The notes: a model not told the origin generated them from the sequence alone. DNA of 64,000 bases from Cyanobacteriota bacterium (GCA_046045965.1 JBJOKS010000002.1:96001-160000), one strand, 5' to 3'; positions 30,135 through 41,401 are shown, numbered from the stretch's first letter. Translations and numbers: made by a program.

Positions 30135-31193
30135 ATGATTGTTGTCATGAAAGTCGGTTCCCCACAGGTAGAAATAGACCGTTTAACTGAAGAGTTAGCA
30201 GCCTGGGGTTTAACACCAGAAAAAATTATTGGACAGCATAAAGTAGTCATAGGTTTAGTAGGTGAAACTGCGGATTTAGATCCCCTGCAAATTCAGGAAC
30301 TCAGTCAATGGATTGAGCAAGTATTAAGGGTGGAAGTACCTTATAAACGCGCTAGTCGTCAGTTCCGCCACGGTGAAGCTTCTGAGGTGGTGGTAAATAC
30401 TCCCGATAGTCCTGTAATTTTTGGTGAACATCATCCTTTAGTGGTGGTTGCTGGACCATGTTCAGTAGAAAATGAAGCCATGATTGTGGAGACGGCGCTG
30501 CGGGTTAAGGCCGCTGGTGCTAAATTTCTCCGTGGTGGTGCATATAAACCCCGAACTTCACCCTATGCTTTTCAAGGACACGGTGAAAGTGCTTTGGAGT
30601 TGTTAGCAAAAGCACGGGAAGTCAGCGGACTGGGAATAATTACTGAGGTGATGGATGGGGGAGATTTGGAAAAAATCGCCGAAGTTGCCGATGTGATTCA
30701 GGTAGGGGCAAGAAATATGCAGAATTTCTCCCTTTTAAAACAAGTTGGGGCGCAATCAAAACCGGTGTTGTTAAAACGGGGAATGGCGGCCACTATTGAA
30801 GACTGGTTAATGGCGGCTGAGTATATTTTGGCTGCTGGTAATCCGAATGTGATTTTGTGTGAGCGAGGAATTAGAACTTTTGACCGTCAGTATACGCGCA
30901 ATACTTTAGATTTATCTGTTGTACCGGTGTTAAGAAAACTCACTCACCTGCCAATTATGATTGATCCTAGTCATGGTGTGGGTTGGTCTGAGTTTGTACC
31001 TGCAATGGCGATGGCGGCGATCGCAGCTGGTACTGATTCTCTCATGATTGAAGTCCATCCCAACCCAGCTAAAGCTTTATCTGATGGACCCCAATCTTTA
31101 ACACCAGACCGTTTTGATCAATTGATGTCAGAATTGGCAGTCATCGGTAAAGCCGTAGGACGTTGGCCACAACCCGCATTTGTGGCAGTTTGA
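30135..31193 (+). CDS. aroF: DAHP synthase (type I-beta)
   Basis: AGPCSVE, RGGAYKPRTSPY, DPSHG. Confidence 0.95.
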   Translation: MIVVMKVGSPQVEIDRLTEELAAWGLTPEKIIGQHKVVIGLVGETADLDPLQIQELSQWIEQVLRVEVPYKRASRQFRHGEASEVVVNTPDSPVIFGEHHPLVVVAGPCSVENEAMIVETALRVKAAGAKFLRGGAYKPRTSPYAFQGHGESALELLAKAREVSGLGIITEVMDGGDLEKIAEVADVIQVGARNMQNFSLLKQVGAQSKPVLLKRGMAATIEDWLMAAEYILAAGNPNVILCERGIRTFDRQYTRNTLDLSVVPVLRKLTHLPIMIDPSHGVGWSEFVPAMAMAAIAAGTDSLMIEVHPNPAKALSDGPQSLTPDRFDQLMSELAVIGKAVGRWPQPAFVAV

Positions 31194-31330
31194 TGGGTGA
31201 CAGGTGATAGTGAAGAAAGCAGGGGAGGCAGGGGAAGTTGGGGAAGCAGGGGGAGAATATTAACTTTTGCCTCCTGACTCCTGTACGGGCGAACGGCCGT
31301 TCGCCCCTCCTGACTCCTGCCTCCTATCAA

Positions 31331-32221
31331 TTATCTTCTTCTGCTTCTGCTACCAAAGCCAGAAGAACGACTACCAGAAGAACGGCCACCACTACCAAAA
31401 CTACTACCAGATTTGCGTTGAGTAGAACTGGAGTTACCAGAAGGACGGAGGTTACTGCTACCAAAGCCAGAACCTGTAGAACGTCCACTTGTATTTGTCC
31501 GTGGTGTTGTGGTTGTAGAACCTCCAGAGGATCTAATTGAACCTGTAGTGCGGAAAGCAGTACGATTTCTTACCGCTGCGGGTGGTTCATTGTAGCGAGT
31601 CCGATAACTGGAAACCGCTTGGTCATAACTAGAACCATAGCCACCATAGCCGGTCATAACCCCACCGGGTTGATAAACGGGTGGAACATAATATTGAGGT
31701 CTAAATAATAGACTACCAATAGCTTGACCTGCCACATTACCAGCCAAAGACGCTGCGAAAGGTGTCCAGAAGTTAGATTCTCTCCGCACAACTACGGTTT
31801 CTTGTTGTCCGGTTTGGGGATTGGTTTTTGTCTCGGTGACGTTATGAACGTACTCAATTTTAAAGTCTTCTGTCAGGTATAAGGCTGGTTGGCCATTTTC
31901 TACCTTCAGGTAACTTTTTTTGCCCTCTTTGATTTCTTCCTCTGTCAGCCGCGCCATTTGTAATTTTTCTGTGGCAAAGGTTGGCGGCTGACTACCAAGT
32001 AAAAACAGGGTATACTCCCCGTTGGCATCGTTATAAGTGGCTTGTTGTACTGGATACTGTCCATCATTCAGCTTCGTGGGGGTAGCACTTTGGCTGGTAC
32101 TTTGGCTACCACTCTGAGGAGAAGATGTAGTTTGGGTTCCTCCCCCACAGGCGACAGTTGTTAAGCATAAACTCAGGGTTAAACAAGCGATTGTAAATTT
32201 ACGCATTATAATCTTGATCAT
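31331..32221 (-). CDS. Lipoprotein with Gly/Ser/Arg-rich tail, function unknown
   Basis: Lipobox LTTVAC; low-complexity SGFGS C-terminus. Confidence 0.75.
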   Translation of the reverse strand: MIKIIMRKFTIACLTLSLCLTTVACGGGTQTTSSPQSGSQSTSQSATPTKLNDGQYPVQQATYNDANGEYTLFLLGSQPPTFATEKLQMARLTEEEIKEGKKSYLKVENGQPALYLTEDFKIEYVHNVTETKTNPQTGQQETVVVRRESNFWTPFAASLAGNVAGQAIGSLLFRPQYYVPPVYQPGGVMTGYGGYGSSYDQAVSSYRTRYNEPPAAVRNRTAFRTTGSIRSSGGSTTTTPRTNTSGRSTGSGFGSSNLRPSGNSSSTQRKSGSSFGSGGRSSGSRSSGFGSRSRRR

Positions 32222-32291
32222 TGCATGATTGTCCTAATTTGTTAGCTATCCTTGCCAATGTTCTGGTGATAACTACAGACTAACCAACAAG

Positions 32292-32885
32292 TTACAATGG
32301 GATCAATTCCGGAAAATACTGCAATAACTGATCGTTAGTCAATTCGTCTCCTAACTGCGCTGGTGAGAAATGCACTTGGATGGCTCGGAGTTTATGTTTG
32401 TGGTGTAAATTAATTAAAGCTTTCAATCCTGCTTTTAATGCTTGGATGTTAGAAAGATCAGCTTCTAATTCTGGTACTTCTCCTTCAAAAGCTACTGTCA
32501 GCATTACTACTACGTTGCGGGTGACAGGAATAGATAAAGGTTGATCGAAACCAGAGGCAGAACTAATATCAAATTCAGCGCCATATCTTTCGGCGGAGTC
32601 GGTAAATAATTCATTCACATAATCTCCCGCTTCTCCTTCATTCCAAAAAACATCGCCTTCGTTAGCTGATGAAAGCCAGTATTCATCAACTCTAAGTAGG
32701 CTTTCGCAAATTTCTACCAATCCTTCTCCCAAGACTTCTAAATCGCCATCAGCATCAATGGCTTCCCTGGCAGCGCGGTTTAAAACTCCTAAAATTGGTG
32801 CGACTTCGCCTCCTGCTAAATGCAGAAATAGACGGCAAACTACATAGCGAGTTCTACCTATCATGCGGTTAAATGTATCACGCAT
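32292..32885 (-). CDS. DUF1517 domain protein
   Basis: Recognised from sequence, e.g. GDELTNDQLLQYFPELIPL end. Confidence 0.7.
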   Translation of the reverse strand: MRDTFNRMIGRTRYVVCRLFLHLAGGEVAPILGVLNRAAREAIDADGDLEVLGEGLVEICESLLRVDEYWLSSANEGDVFWNEGEAGDYVNELFTDSAERYGAEFDISSASGFDQPLSIPVTRNVVVMLTVAFEGEVPELEADLSNIQALKAGLKALINLHHKHKLRAIQVHFSPAQLGDELTNDQLLQYFPELIPL

Positions 32886-33094
32886 TTTTTTTCTCCAGTA
32901 ATTTTCTCAGTTATGGCGGTTGTCAGTTGGATGAGAACATACATTTATAGCAGGAGTTGGGAGTCAGGAGGTAGGGGGCAGGAGTTCTTAATTTTGGATT
33001 TGGGATTTGGAATTTTGGATTGTTTTTGTCAACTCCAATCTAACATCTAAAATGTTCCTCCCCCTGAACCCATCTCCCTGTTAAGAGTTCCCTG

Positions 33095-34654
33095 TCACTG
33101 ATTAATAAGGTAAAAACCTTGGACAAAATCTATGATCATCTTTAAGGAAGGTATAATATATTCTGATTCTCCAGATATATCATCGCCAGTACCACTATTA
33201 GAATAACGATTGACAAATCTTTTGCCAAAGTTAGGATGATCATAGATGGTCAAGCACTGGGCGCTAGAATTGGTTAATATTGTTTGGGTTGGCGCTTTAA
33301 AAAATCTTAGTTTTGCTGCTACTTCTAAATTTTTTTTCGTTTGTTTAATAGTTTTAGATTTATTGATAGCTTCCTCTATCAGCAACATTATTTTTTTTGC
33401 GAGTACGGGTGATTTGAAAATAGAGTTAGTAATTCCTTCTTGACAAATCATGTCTACCATTGTGTAAATAACTTTTTGGGTAGCTGTTGCATCTTTAAAC
33501 GGAAGAATTGCCATAAAAGCTGTGGATAATAAAGCTTCATCGCTATCTACTCGAAAGGTTAAAACAGTCCTGCGGTTACTGATTTCTAGGCTGGGAGGGT
33601 GAATTAATCCCTGGTATTCTTGAGCTATTTGGAAATAAGTACCAGCAAGAACAAAGTTAGCTTCGTGTTCTAATGGTAAATCAACAATAATGCGGATTGT
33701 TGGTGGTGTCGCATTAAAAAAGTCGCGTAATTCTTCTTCATTGAAATTTTGGATAATGGTGCGATCGCCTGTGGGAGAAAGATCAACCCATTCGCATTTA
33801 ATACCTTCAATTTTTAAACCAAATCTGGGGGTAGCATACAGCTTGGCACCGGTTAAGGTAGATCCAGTTAAGTCCGCACCCATCCATTCAACTTTAATTA
33901 ATTTTGACTGAGTTAAATTAGCGTGTACTAAACTTGCATTTGTTAAATTGGCATTAGTCAAATCTGCCCCCGTTAAATTGGCTCCACTCAGTTTGGCTCC
34001 ACTTAAGTCAGCCCAAATCAAATTTGCCCCTCTTAAATCTGCCCATCTCAGATTTGCCCCACTTAAATCGGCTCCACTGAGGTTAGCCATACAAAGATTA
34101 GCTTGTCTGAGTTCACTGTCTCGTAAATTTGCGCCACTCATGTCTGAGGAAGTCATATCAGCGGCGTTTAAGTTGGCCATTTCTAAGTTGGCTTCTCTCA
34201 AACAAGAACCTCTTAAGTTGGCTTCGTTTAAATTAGCCCGACGGAGATTTGCTTGTCGCAGTGTAGCTTCTCGTAAGTCAGCACTGTTGAGATTAGCTTC
34301 ACACATATCAGCGCGGCTAAAATCTGTGCGAATCAACTCGGCGCGAATAAAGGAGGCTTGACGCAGTTGAGTGCGAGTTAGATCCGCACGAATTAAATTA
34401 GCAACGTTAAGACTACAGTTATTAAGAATAGCGCCAGCGAGAGTTGCACCACTAAGTCTAGCTACATTGAGCTTGGCATAACTCAAATCAGCATCAGTAA
34501 GATTTATGCCACTGAGATTCGCTACGCTCAAATTAGCGTCGCTAAGATTAATACCACTAAGTTTAGTGCCACTTAAATTGACTTCAGCCAGGTCAGCGCC
34601 ACTAAAATCTAAGACTCCCGTTGCATATTTTTCTAGTAATTCTTCTATAGTCAT
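33095..34654 (-). CDS. Pentapeptide repeat protein with C-terminal domain
   Basis: About 260 aa of A(N/D)Lxx repeats. Confidence 0.92.
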   Translation of the reverse strand: MTIEELLEKYATGVLDFSGADLAEVNLSGTKLSGINLSDANLSVANLSGINLTDADLSYAKLNVARLSGATLAGAILNNCSLNVANLIRADLTRTQLRQASFIRAELIRTDFSRADMCEANLNSADLREATLRQANLRRANLNEANLRGSCLREANLEMANLNAADMTSSDMSGANLRDSELRQANLCMANLSGADLSGANLRWADLRGANLIWADLSGAKLSGANLTGADLTNANLTNASLVHANLTQSKLIKVEWMGADLTGSTLTGAKLYATPRFGLKIEGIKCEWVDLSPTGDRTIIQNFNEEELRDFFNATPPTIRIIVDLPLEHEANFVLAGTYFQIAQEYQGLIHPPSLEISNRRTVLTFRVDSDEALLSTAFMAILPFKDATATQKVIYTMVDMICQEGITNSIFKSPVLAKKIMLLIEEAINKSKTIKQTKKNLEVAAKLRFFKAPTQTILTNSSAQCLTIYDHPNFGKRFVNRYSNSGTGDDISGESEYIIPSLKMIIDFVQGFYLINQ

Positions 34655-34736
34655 GAATCTACCTCTCGGATGCCAACTTTAAATAGTTGGTAAAGTATGC
34701 AGATAATATTTCAAAGTTTAGTTGTCAAGGGTAAAA

Positions 34737-35573
34737 ATGAAAATTGGTATTTTAGGATTGGGGTTAATAGGCGGTTCTTTAGGTTTTGATTTACGCTCCC
34801 AAGGACATTATCTGTTAGGTGTTAGCCGTCGTGAATCTACCTGTCAAAAAGCTATTGACATCGGCAGTGTCGATCAAGCCTCAATTGAGTTGAGTTTGTT
34901 GGCATTTGCTGAAGTTGTGTTTATTTGCACCCCTATAGGACTTATTGTGCCTCAAGTTGAACAGTTAGTTGCTCATTTGCCACAAACTACTATTATCACT
35001 GATGTAGGTTCTGTAAAAACACCTATAGTAAATGCAATTTCTCCCCTATGGAATAATTTTGTTGGTGGTCATCCTATGGCGGGAAACACAGATGTGGGTA
35101 TAGAGGCTGCACAAAGAAATTTATTTGTGAATCGGCCTTATGTACTCACACCAATAGAGACAACGCCAACCAGTGCAATTACTGTTTTAGAGGAAATAGT
35201 GCGATCGCTTGGTTCTATTATCTACCATTGTCCGCCAGAAAAACACGACCGCGCTGTAAGTTGGATTTCCCATTTACCTGTCATGGTTAGCGCCTCTTTG
35301 ATGGCTGCTTGTTTGGGTGAATCAGATCCAGAAATTTTCCAATTAGCCCAAAACCTTGCTAGTTCAGGATTTCGGGATACCAGCCGCGTTGGGGCGGGCA
35401 ATCCCGAATTAGGGGTAATGATGGCGCAATATAATCGTCAAGCATTAGTTAGTTCACTACATCAATATCGTCAAAACCTAGATGAATTTATTAACCTGAT
35501 TGAACAAGAAAAATGGGAAATGTTAGCAGAAAAGCTGACGTTAAATCAACAGAGTCGCCCTAAATTTCTGTAG
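34737..35573 (+). CDS. tyrA: Prephenate/arogenate dehydrogenase
   Basis: MKIGILGLGLIGGS, TDVGSVK, GGHPMAG, SGFRDTSR. Confidence 0.93.
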   Translation: MKIGILGLGLIGGSLGFDLRSQGHYLLGVSRRESTCQKAIDIGSVDQASIELSLLAFAEVVFICTPIGLIVPQVEQLVAHLPQTTIITDVGSVKTPIVNAISPLWNNFVGGHPMAGNTDVGIEAAQRNLFVNRPYVLTPIETTPTSAITVLEEIVRSLGSIIYHCPPEKHDRAVSWISHLPVMVSASLMAACLGESDPEIFQLAQNLASSGFRDTSRVGAGNPELGVMMAQYNRQALVSSLHQYRQNLDEFINLIEQEKWEMLAEKLTLNQQSRPKFL

Positions 35574-35670
35574 TTGGGTAGAAGGCAGAGGGTAGGAGGC
35601 AAGGGAATAGGAATTAAGGAAAAATATATTACCAATGCCAATACCCAATGCCGAATTTCCATCCGTTAGT

Positions 35671-36402
35671 TCAATCTCTCCATAAAGCAATCCCACCTAA
35701 TAAACCGGTGATATTAGGAATCAGCTTCACGTTTAAGGGTAAGTTCATATTCACGCGCACAGCTTCACCACCACCGATGTAAAGACAATCATAGTTAAAT
35801 AGACGTTGTAAAGATGTGATCGCTTTTTTTAACCGCTGATTCCATTTCTTATCGCCAATCTTTTCTAATGCAGCACGTCCTAGCTGTTCTTCATAAGTCT
35901 TACCTTTGCGAAACTGATGATGTCCCATTTCCATATTGGCAACTAATTTCCCATCTACAAACAAAGCTGAACCAAAACCAGTACCCAAGGTAATTACTAA
36001 TTCTACGCCTTTACCGGCAATTGCTCCTAATCCTTGCATATCTGCATCGTTAATTACTTTTACAGGTTTATTTAACAGTCCAGATAGTGCTGTTGCTAAA
36101 TCGAAGCCAATCCAATTAGCATCTAAATTTACTGCTGTTTCTGTAACTCCATTGCGAACTACACCAGGAAAACCGACGGAAACCCGATGATACTCACCTT
36201 GAGATGCGGCTAATACAGCAATGGCATTAATTATTACTTCTGGTGTGGCTGGATGGGGTGTTTCTAATCTTCCCCTTTCTGTTAATGGTTTGCCGGTGAT
36301 GTCCAAAACTATAGCTTTAACACCACTTCCACCAATATCTACTGATAGGGTACGAACTGATCCGTTATCTTCAACCATTGGAGTTTTTCCCTTATGCTGC
36401 AA
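35671..36402 (-). CDS. ppgK: ROK family polyphosphate glucokinase
   Basis: VDIGGSGVK, NDADMQG, TLGTGFGSA, NMEMGH. Confidence 0.85.
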   Translation of the reverse strand: MQHKGKTPMVEDNGSVRTLSVDIGGSGVKAIVLDITGKPLTERGRLETPHPATPEVIINAIAVLAASQGEYHRVSVGFPGVVRNGVTETAVNLDANWIGFDLATALSGLLNKPVKVINDADMQGLGAIAGKGVELVITLGTGFGSALFVDGKLVANMEMGHHQFRKGKTYEEQLGRAALEKIGDKKWNQRLKKAITSLQRLFNYDCLYIGGGEAVRVNMNLPLNVKLIPNITGLLGGIALWRD

Positions 36403-36533
36403 TTTCTTTGGCTATTATGATCTGTTAAATTCCAGTCAGTAGCAGATATTCCGAGTATTTTCACAAATTCCCGCATCTGGAGGTGACAGGGACTGGGAAG
36501 GTGGGGAGAATAACAACTTACTGATAACTAATG

Positions 36534-36571
36534 ACCAATTACCAATTACCAATTACCAATTACCAATTACC
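36534..36571. repeat. (ACCAATT)n heptamer array; inverse array (TTGGTAA)n at about 37168-37220
   Basis: Tandem heptamers on both sides of the 36657-37163 gene. Confidence 0.85.
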
Positions 36572-36656
36572 ATCTAGATTTGCTAATGTAGGAGTAGTGC
36601 CAAAATTGCTAATACTGGCGTAGTTCTTTATTAAAAATATTATCAGACAAAGCATT

Positions 36657-37163
36657 ATGACAACCTTTGAATCTAATAGCCTACGTTCCTATAGCCAAGA
36701 AGAGGTTCAGCAAATACTGCAACTAGCGATCGCTCGTCAAACCGATGATGGTGATCAAGAATTTTCATATCAGCAAATCATTGAAATTGCAGCCGAGTTA
36801 CAAATTTCACCAGAAGCAGTCAAACAAGCAGAATTTGACTGGATAGCCCTACAAAGCGAAGCACAACAACGCAAAGCTTTTGACCTTTACCGCCAAGGTA
36901 AATTTAAAAAACGTCTGGGTAATTATGCAATTATCAATGGTTTTTTCATACTTGCAGATTTGATTGGTGGTGCTGGTCTTTCTTGGTCACTATACATTTT
37001 ACTATTCTGCGGATTAGCAATTGTACTTGATATCTGGAATACCTTTCAAAGTCAAGGTGAAGACTATGAAGTTGCTTTCCAAAAATGGAACCGTAAGCAT
37101 CAAATTAAACAAACTATCAATACAGTTATAAATAAGTGGTTTAAGGCACTACAAACACATTAA
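36657..37163 (+). CDS. 2TM domain-containing protein
   Basis: YSQEEVQQIL start and two C-terminal TM helices. Confidence 0.75.
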   Translation: MTTFESNSLRSYSQEEVQQILQLAIARQTDDGDQEFSYQQIIEIAAELQISPEAVKQAEFDWIALQSEAQQRKAFDLYRQGKFKKRLGNYAIINGFFILADLIGGAGLSWSLYILLFCGLAIVLDIWNTFQSQGEDYEVAFQKWNRKHQIKQTINTVINKWFKALQTH

Positions 37164-37608
37164 ATTTAGTAATTGGTAATTGGTAATTGATAATTGGTAA
37201 TGGGTAATTGGTAATTGGTAATGAGTGATTGATTACTTGATTTTAGTAGTATTGAATACAAAAAATCATCCTTACCCTAATGCAATTTCGGCAAAAATCA
37301 AAATCTTGATGAATATTGTTGATTGAGAAATCATTAACATATCTATCAAATATTGTCATGGCAATTTGACCAGATTTTTGATTTAGATTGCTATATAATC
37401 AAAATACATTAGTAATCATGGCTCTTGTGGTTTTCCCATAGTCAGGAAAACAGAAGACATTTTCAGAACTTTAAATATAATAAGTAATTCCTCAATCCCT
37501 AACCAGGTTGAACTACCATTTCAGTCAGCAAGAGTCCGTGAAATAAAGGGAAAATGTGGAAAAAACTTAGCATTATTTATCATGCAGTCACTCTTCTTAG
37601 ATTATGTC

Positions 37609-39684
37609 ATGATATGCTGCTTAAATCCCGATTGCCAAAATCCACAAAATCCCGATGTCAACGAGTTTTGTCAAAGTTGTAATACTCCCTTAGTACCACT
37701 TTTAAGAAATCGTTTCCGCGTGATCCGGGTACTTTCCGATGAAGGAGGATTTGGTAGAACCTATCTATCAGAAGATACAGATAAATTAAATGATTGTTGT
37801 GTAGTTAAACAGTTAGCACCAAAATTTCAAGGAACTTGGTCACAAAAAAAAGCTATGGAGTTGTTTAGCGAAGAAGCAAAACGACTTCAAGAACTGGGAG
37901 AACATCCACAAATTCCCACTCTATTAGCTTATTTTGAACAAGATAACTGCTTGTATTTGGTACAACAGTTTATTGATGGCAATAATTTATTACAGGAGTT
38001 ACAGTTAAGAAAGAACTATAAAGATTGGGATATTCAATCTATTTTACTAGATTTGTTGCCTATTCTCAAATTTATTCATAGTCGAGGAGTGATTCATCGA
38101 GATATCAAACCTGAAAATATTATCCGACGTAAAAGTGATGGAAGATTAACACTAATTGATTTTGGTTCTTCCAAACAATTAACAGCTACAGTGCAGAAAA
38201 AACATGGTACTTCAATTGGTTCACATGGTTATTCTGCTATTGAACAAATCAGAGATGGTAAAGCTTACCCTGCTAGTGATTTATTTGGTTTAGGAGCTAC
38301 TTGCTTTCATTTAATCACGGGAATTTCTCCTTTTCAATTGTGGATGGAACATGGTTATAGTTGGGTAAAAAATTGGCAAGATTATTTGCGATCTCCTCTT
38401 AGTCATGAATTAGCAATTATTATTGATAAGTTGTTACAAACAGATATTCGGAATCGCTATCAATCTGCTGATGAAGTTATTAGAGATTTGAGTAAACAGT
38501 ACACACATTTACTAGCACCAGCTAGTAATTCTTTATTAGCAACACCACCAAAAAAAGCGGATGTTTATCCTAAAAAATATATTTTTCTGAGAAATTCACT
38601 TTTAATATTGGGGACGATGATATTTTTAGGTCTGGGAGAATTTGGTTATAGACACTTTCACCAACTACAAACAGCTATTTCTTCTCGTTTTAATTCCCCA
38701 ACAAAGAGTACAGCTAATAGTGATGCTGTTGTTTATCAACCACCACAAGAAAATATAGAAAAAATTGCTTTATTGAAAACTATTTCTGAACCAAATGAAT
38801 TGATTTTATCTGTTGCTATTACTCCAGATGGTCAAACTATTGCTAGTGGTGGTAATCTCATAATTAAATTATGGAATATTACCACAGGTCAAGAAATTAC
38901 AACCCTGAAAGGACATACAAAAAATGTCAATGTCGTAGCTATTAGTCCTGATGGTAAAAATGTGGTTAGTGGTAGTGATGACAAAACAATTAAAGTTTGG
39001 AATTTGCAAACAAAAAAGTTAGTTCATACCCTCATTAGTCATAGTGACTCAGTTCATGCTTTGGCTATTAGCAAAGATGGAAAAACTTTGATAAGTGCTG
39101 GTGATGATAAAACAATTAAAGTTTGGAATTTAGCTACAGGGAAGTTAATTCGTACTCTCAAAGGCCATGCTTACTGGGTGCGTTCTGTGGCTATTAGTCC
39201 TGATGGTGTTACCCTCGCAAGTGGTAGTTTTGATAAGACTATTAAACTGTGGAATATTACTCAAGAAACACCAATTCATAACTTAAGTCCAAATTCGCAA
39301 ACTGTGACATCTTTGGCTTTTAGTCCAGATGGTAAAATTCTTGCTAGTGCTAGTCGCGATCGGCAAATTAAACTCTGGAATCTCAATACAAAGACGGAAA
39401 TTAACACGATTACAAAAGAAGATCATAATGTCACATCTTTAGCTTTTAGTCCAGATGGTAAAACTCTTGTTAGTGGTAATCGCCATTGTACAGAATGTAA
39501 CGACACTATTAATCCTAATATTAAATTATGGGATGTCGTGACAGGTGAGGAACTTTCCACTGTAACTGGACATACTAACACAGTTACTTCTCTGGTTTTT
39601 AGCGCAGATGGTAAAATTTTAGTTAGTAGTGGAGAGGATAATAAAATTAACATTTGGCGTTTTTTACAGTCCAGCAAGGAATAG
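37609..39684 (+). CDS. Ser/Thr kinase with 4-Cys prefix, TM and WD40 propeller
   Basis: CLNPDC..CQSC, GGFGRTY, HRDIKPEN, DFG, seven WD repeats. Confidence 0.92.
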   Translation: MICCLNPDCQNPQNPDVNEFCQSCNTPLVPLLRNRFRVIRVLSDEGGFGRTYLSEDTDKLNDCCVVKQLAPKFQGTWSQKKAMELFSEEAKRLQELGEHPQIPTLLAYFEQDNCLYLVQQFIDGNNLLQELQLRKNYKDWDIQSILLDLLPILKFIHSRGVIHRDIKPENIIRRKSDGRLTLIDFGSSKQLTATVQKKHGTSIGSHGYSAIEQIRDGKAYPASDLFGLGATCFHLITGISPFQLWMEHGYSWVKNWQDYLRSPLSHELAIIIDKLLQTDIRNRYQSADEVIRDLSKQYTHLLAPASNSLLATPPKKADVYPKKYIFLRNSLLILGTMIFLGLGEFGYRHFHQLQTAISSRFNSPTKSTANSDAVVYQPPQENIEKIALLKTISEPNELILSVAITPDGQTIASGGNLIIKLWNITTGQEITTLKGHTKNVNVVAISPDGKNVVSGSDDKTIKVWNLQTKKLVHTLISHSDSVHALAISKDGKTLISAGDDKTIKVWNLATGKLIRTLKGHAYWVRSVAISPDGVTLASGSFDKTIKLWNITQETPIHNLSPNSQTVTSLAFSPDGKILASASRDRQIKLWNLNTKTEINTITKEDHNVTSLAFSPDGKTLVSGNRHCTECNDTINPNIKLWDVVTGEELSTVTGHTNTVTSLVFSADGKILVSSGEDNKINIWRFLQSSKE

Positions 39685-39695
39685 AGAATTGGTAA

Positions 39696-39871
39696 CTAGG
39701 GTTTGCTGAAAAAAGGGAACAGGGAACAGGGAACAGGGAACAGATAACAAACTTTAGTTCTGAGTTTAAAGCTCAGTCAAAAAAAAGATGTTTTTAAAAG
39801 ATGCATAGCACGCAAAAAACAGTGTCATTATTTCAATCTTATGTTTTTAAACATGAGTTTTTCCTGTTCCC
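39696..39871. mobile_element. MITE-like remnant with one IS-like end and GGGAACA repeats
   Basis: CTAGGGTTTGCTGAAAAA end, (GGGAACA)n, inverted CCTGTTCCC, internal CTGAG-TTTAAAG-CTCAG hairpin; no second IS end seen. A (TCCTGAC)n array follows at 39897-39928. Confidence 0.45.
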
Positions 39872-39896
39872 TCTGAATTTCACCTGTCACCTCTTC

Positions 39897-39930
<34 letters not shown>

Positions 39931-39935
39931 TTTTA

Positions 39936-41201
39936 TTAACGTCTATCTCTTTCTAAATCATCAATTACTGTTTGCAAATACCACTCTTCCGACATACCCG
40001 GATAAAAATCTTTCTTTTGCTGAATTAATCTTTCGGCTATTTCCCAATGTCCCCCAACCATGCGTAATAGTCTTTGACGTAATAGGTTAGAGGTGACTTT
40101 TTTGGTTTCTGGGATAGATGATTGGATTTTTTGTGAGCTATTTAATACTTGTTGATAATTTTGCCAATCTTCTTGTTCACAATAGATACTCGCTGCTTTT
40201 TGATAATCTTCTACAGCATGAGATATTTCTTCTAAACAAGTGTAGGCAATACCACGATTATAGTAAGCTAAGGCATGATCAGGATTAATTTGTATTGCTT
40301 GAGAGTAATCTTGAATTGCTGCTAAATAATTACCCATTGCTTGATAAATATTACCTCTAGCAATGTATACTAAAATTTCTTGAGGCTGCATTTTTAGAGC
40401 TTGATTGATATCAGCTAAACCTCCTTGATGATCTCCTATTTGAGAACGGGCTTTTCCGCGATTTCGATAAACAATAGCATCTTTAAAATTGAGTTCTAGG
40501 GCTTGATTGAAATCTGCGATCGCCTCTCGATAATTTCCCATTTTGCAATATACCACCCCACGACAGCAATAAGCTTGAGCATCTTGATTATCAGCTTTTA
40601 ATATCCAGTTTAAATCAGCGATCGCTTCTTTTGTATCTCCTTTTTCTGCCTTGTCTAATAATTGTGTGAAATAATCTTGAGTAGATATGATTGGTGCAGG
40701 TTTGGTAATAGCTGGATTTGGTGTAGGTTCTACTTTTGGTTGTAGCTGTTTAATTTTATCTAAACAAAGGCGAACATTTTCTTTATCTTTTTGTTCTAAA
40801 TATAATTCTGCTGCTTTTTTAAAATTAGCGATCGCCTCTGGAATATTTCCTTGTTTGCGCTGAACTATCCCTCGTAAATCATAAGCAGCAGCATCATTAA
40901 ATTTAAAGTGAATTGCTTTTTCTACATCTTCTAAAGCACCAGGAAAATTTTTTAAAGTTAACTTTGCTAAAGCCCGAAAATAATAAGCTTTTGCATTTTC
41001 CCCATCCAACTTAATAGCTTCATTATAATCAAAGACGGCTGGCAAAGTTGCACCTGAGTTGTAATAAGCCAGACCCCGTTCCATGTAAGCTTTGCTAAAG
41101 TAAGGATCTAGCTGTATAGCTTGGTTAAATGCCTCAATAGCACCAGCATAGTCTTTTTGTTTAGCTTGTTCTAATCCGCGACTGTAAAATTCTGAAGTCA
41201 T
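39936..41201 (-). CDS. Tetratricopeptide repeat protein
   Basis: Repeated AYxxRG...AIxDFxQA units. Confidence 0.92.
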   Translation of the reverse strand: MTSEFYSRGLEQAKQKDYAGAIEAFNQAIQLDPYFSKAYMERGLAYYNSGATLPAVFDYNEAIKLDGENAKAYYFRALAKLTLKNFPGALEDVEKAIHFKFNDAAAYDLRGIVQRKQGNIPEAIANFKKAAELYLEQKDKENVRLCLDKIKQLQPKVEPTPNPAITKPAPIISTQDYFTQLLDKAEKGDTKEAIADLNWILKADNQDAQAYCCRGVVYCKMGNYREAIADFNQALELNFKDAIVYRNRGKARSQIGDHQGGLADINQALKMQPQEILVYIARGNIYQAMGNYLAAIQDYSQAIQINPDHALAYYNRGIAYTCLEEISHAVEDYQKAASIYCEQEDWQNYQQVLNSSQKIQSSIPETKKVTSNLLRQRLLRMVGGHWEIAERLIQQKKDFYPGMSEEWYLQTVIDDLERDRR

Positions 41202-41283
41202 AATTTTTGATATGAACTCGGCTTAAATTATAGAACTAATCGCACAGGGTATAACTAATTATCCTAATTATCCGAACTTGAAC

Positions 41284-41382
41284 AGCTGTTATGCAGCTAA
41301 ATTGTATAATCCTCAATAGTTAAGTCTTGTGGTGCGCGCTGAAAAACCCGCTAGACTGATACAAATTAAATGCACAACAGCT
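41284..41382. mobile_element. About 99-bp MITE with imperfect 24-bp terminal inverted repeats
   Basis: Left AGCTGTTATGCAGCTAAATTGTAT versus reverse complement of right AGCTGTTGTGCATTTAATTTGTAT (20/24). Confidence 0.65.
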
Positions 41383-41401
41383 TATTAAACATTTGGTAAG
41401 T

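Noticed and set aside
33948..34361. 137-aa repetitive plus-strand ORF
   Set aside because: Antisense shadow of the pentapeptide repeats; the other short ORFs overlapping long CDSs were rejected likewise.
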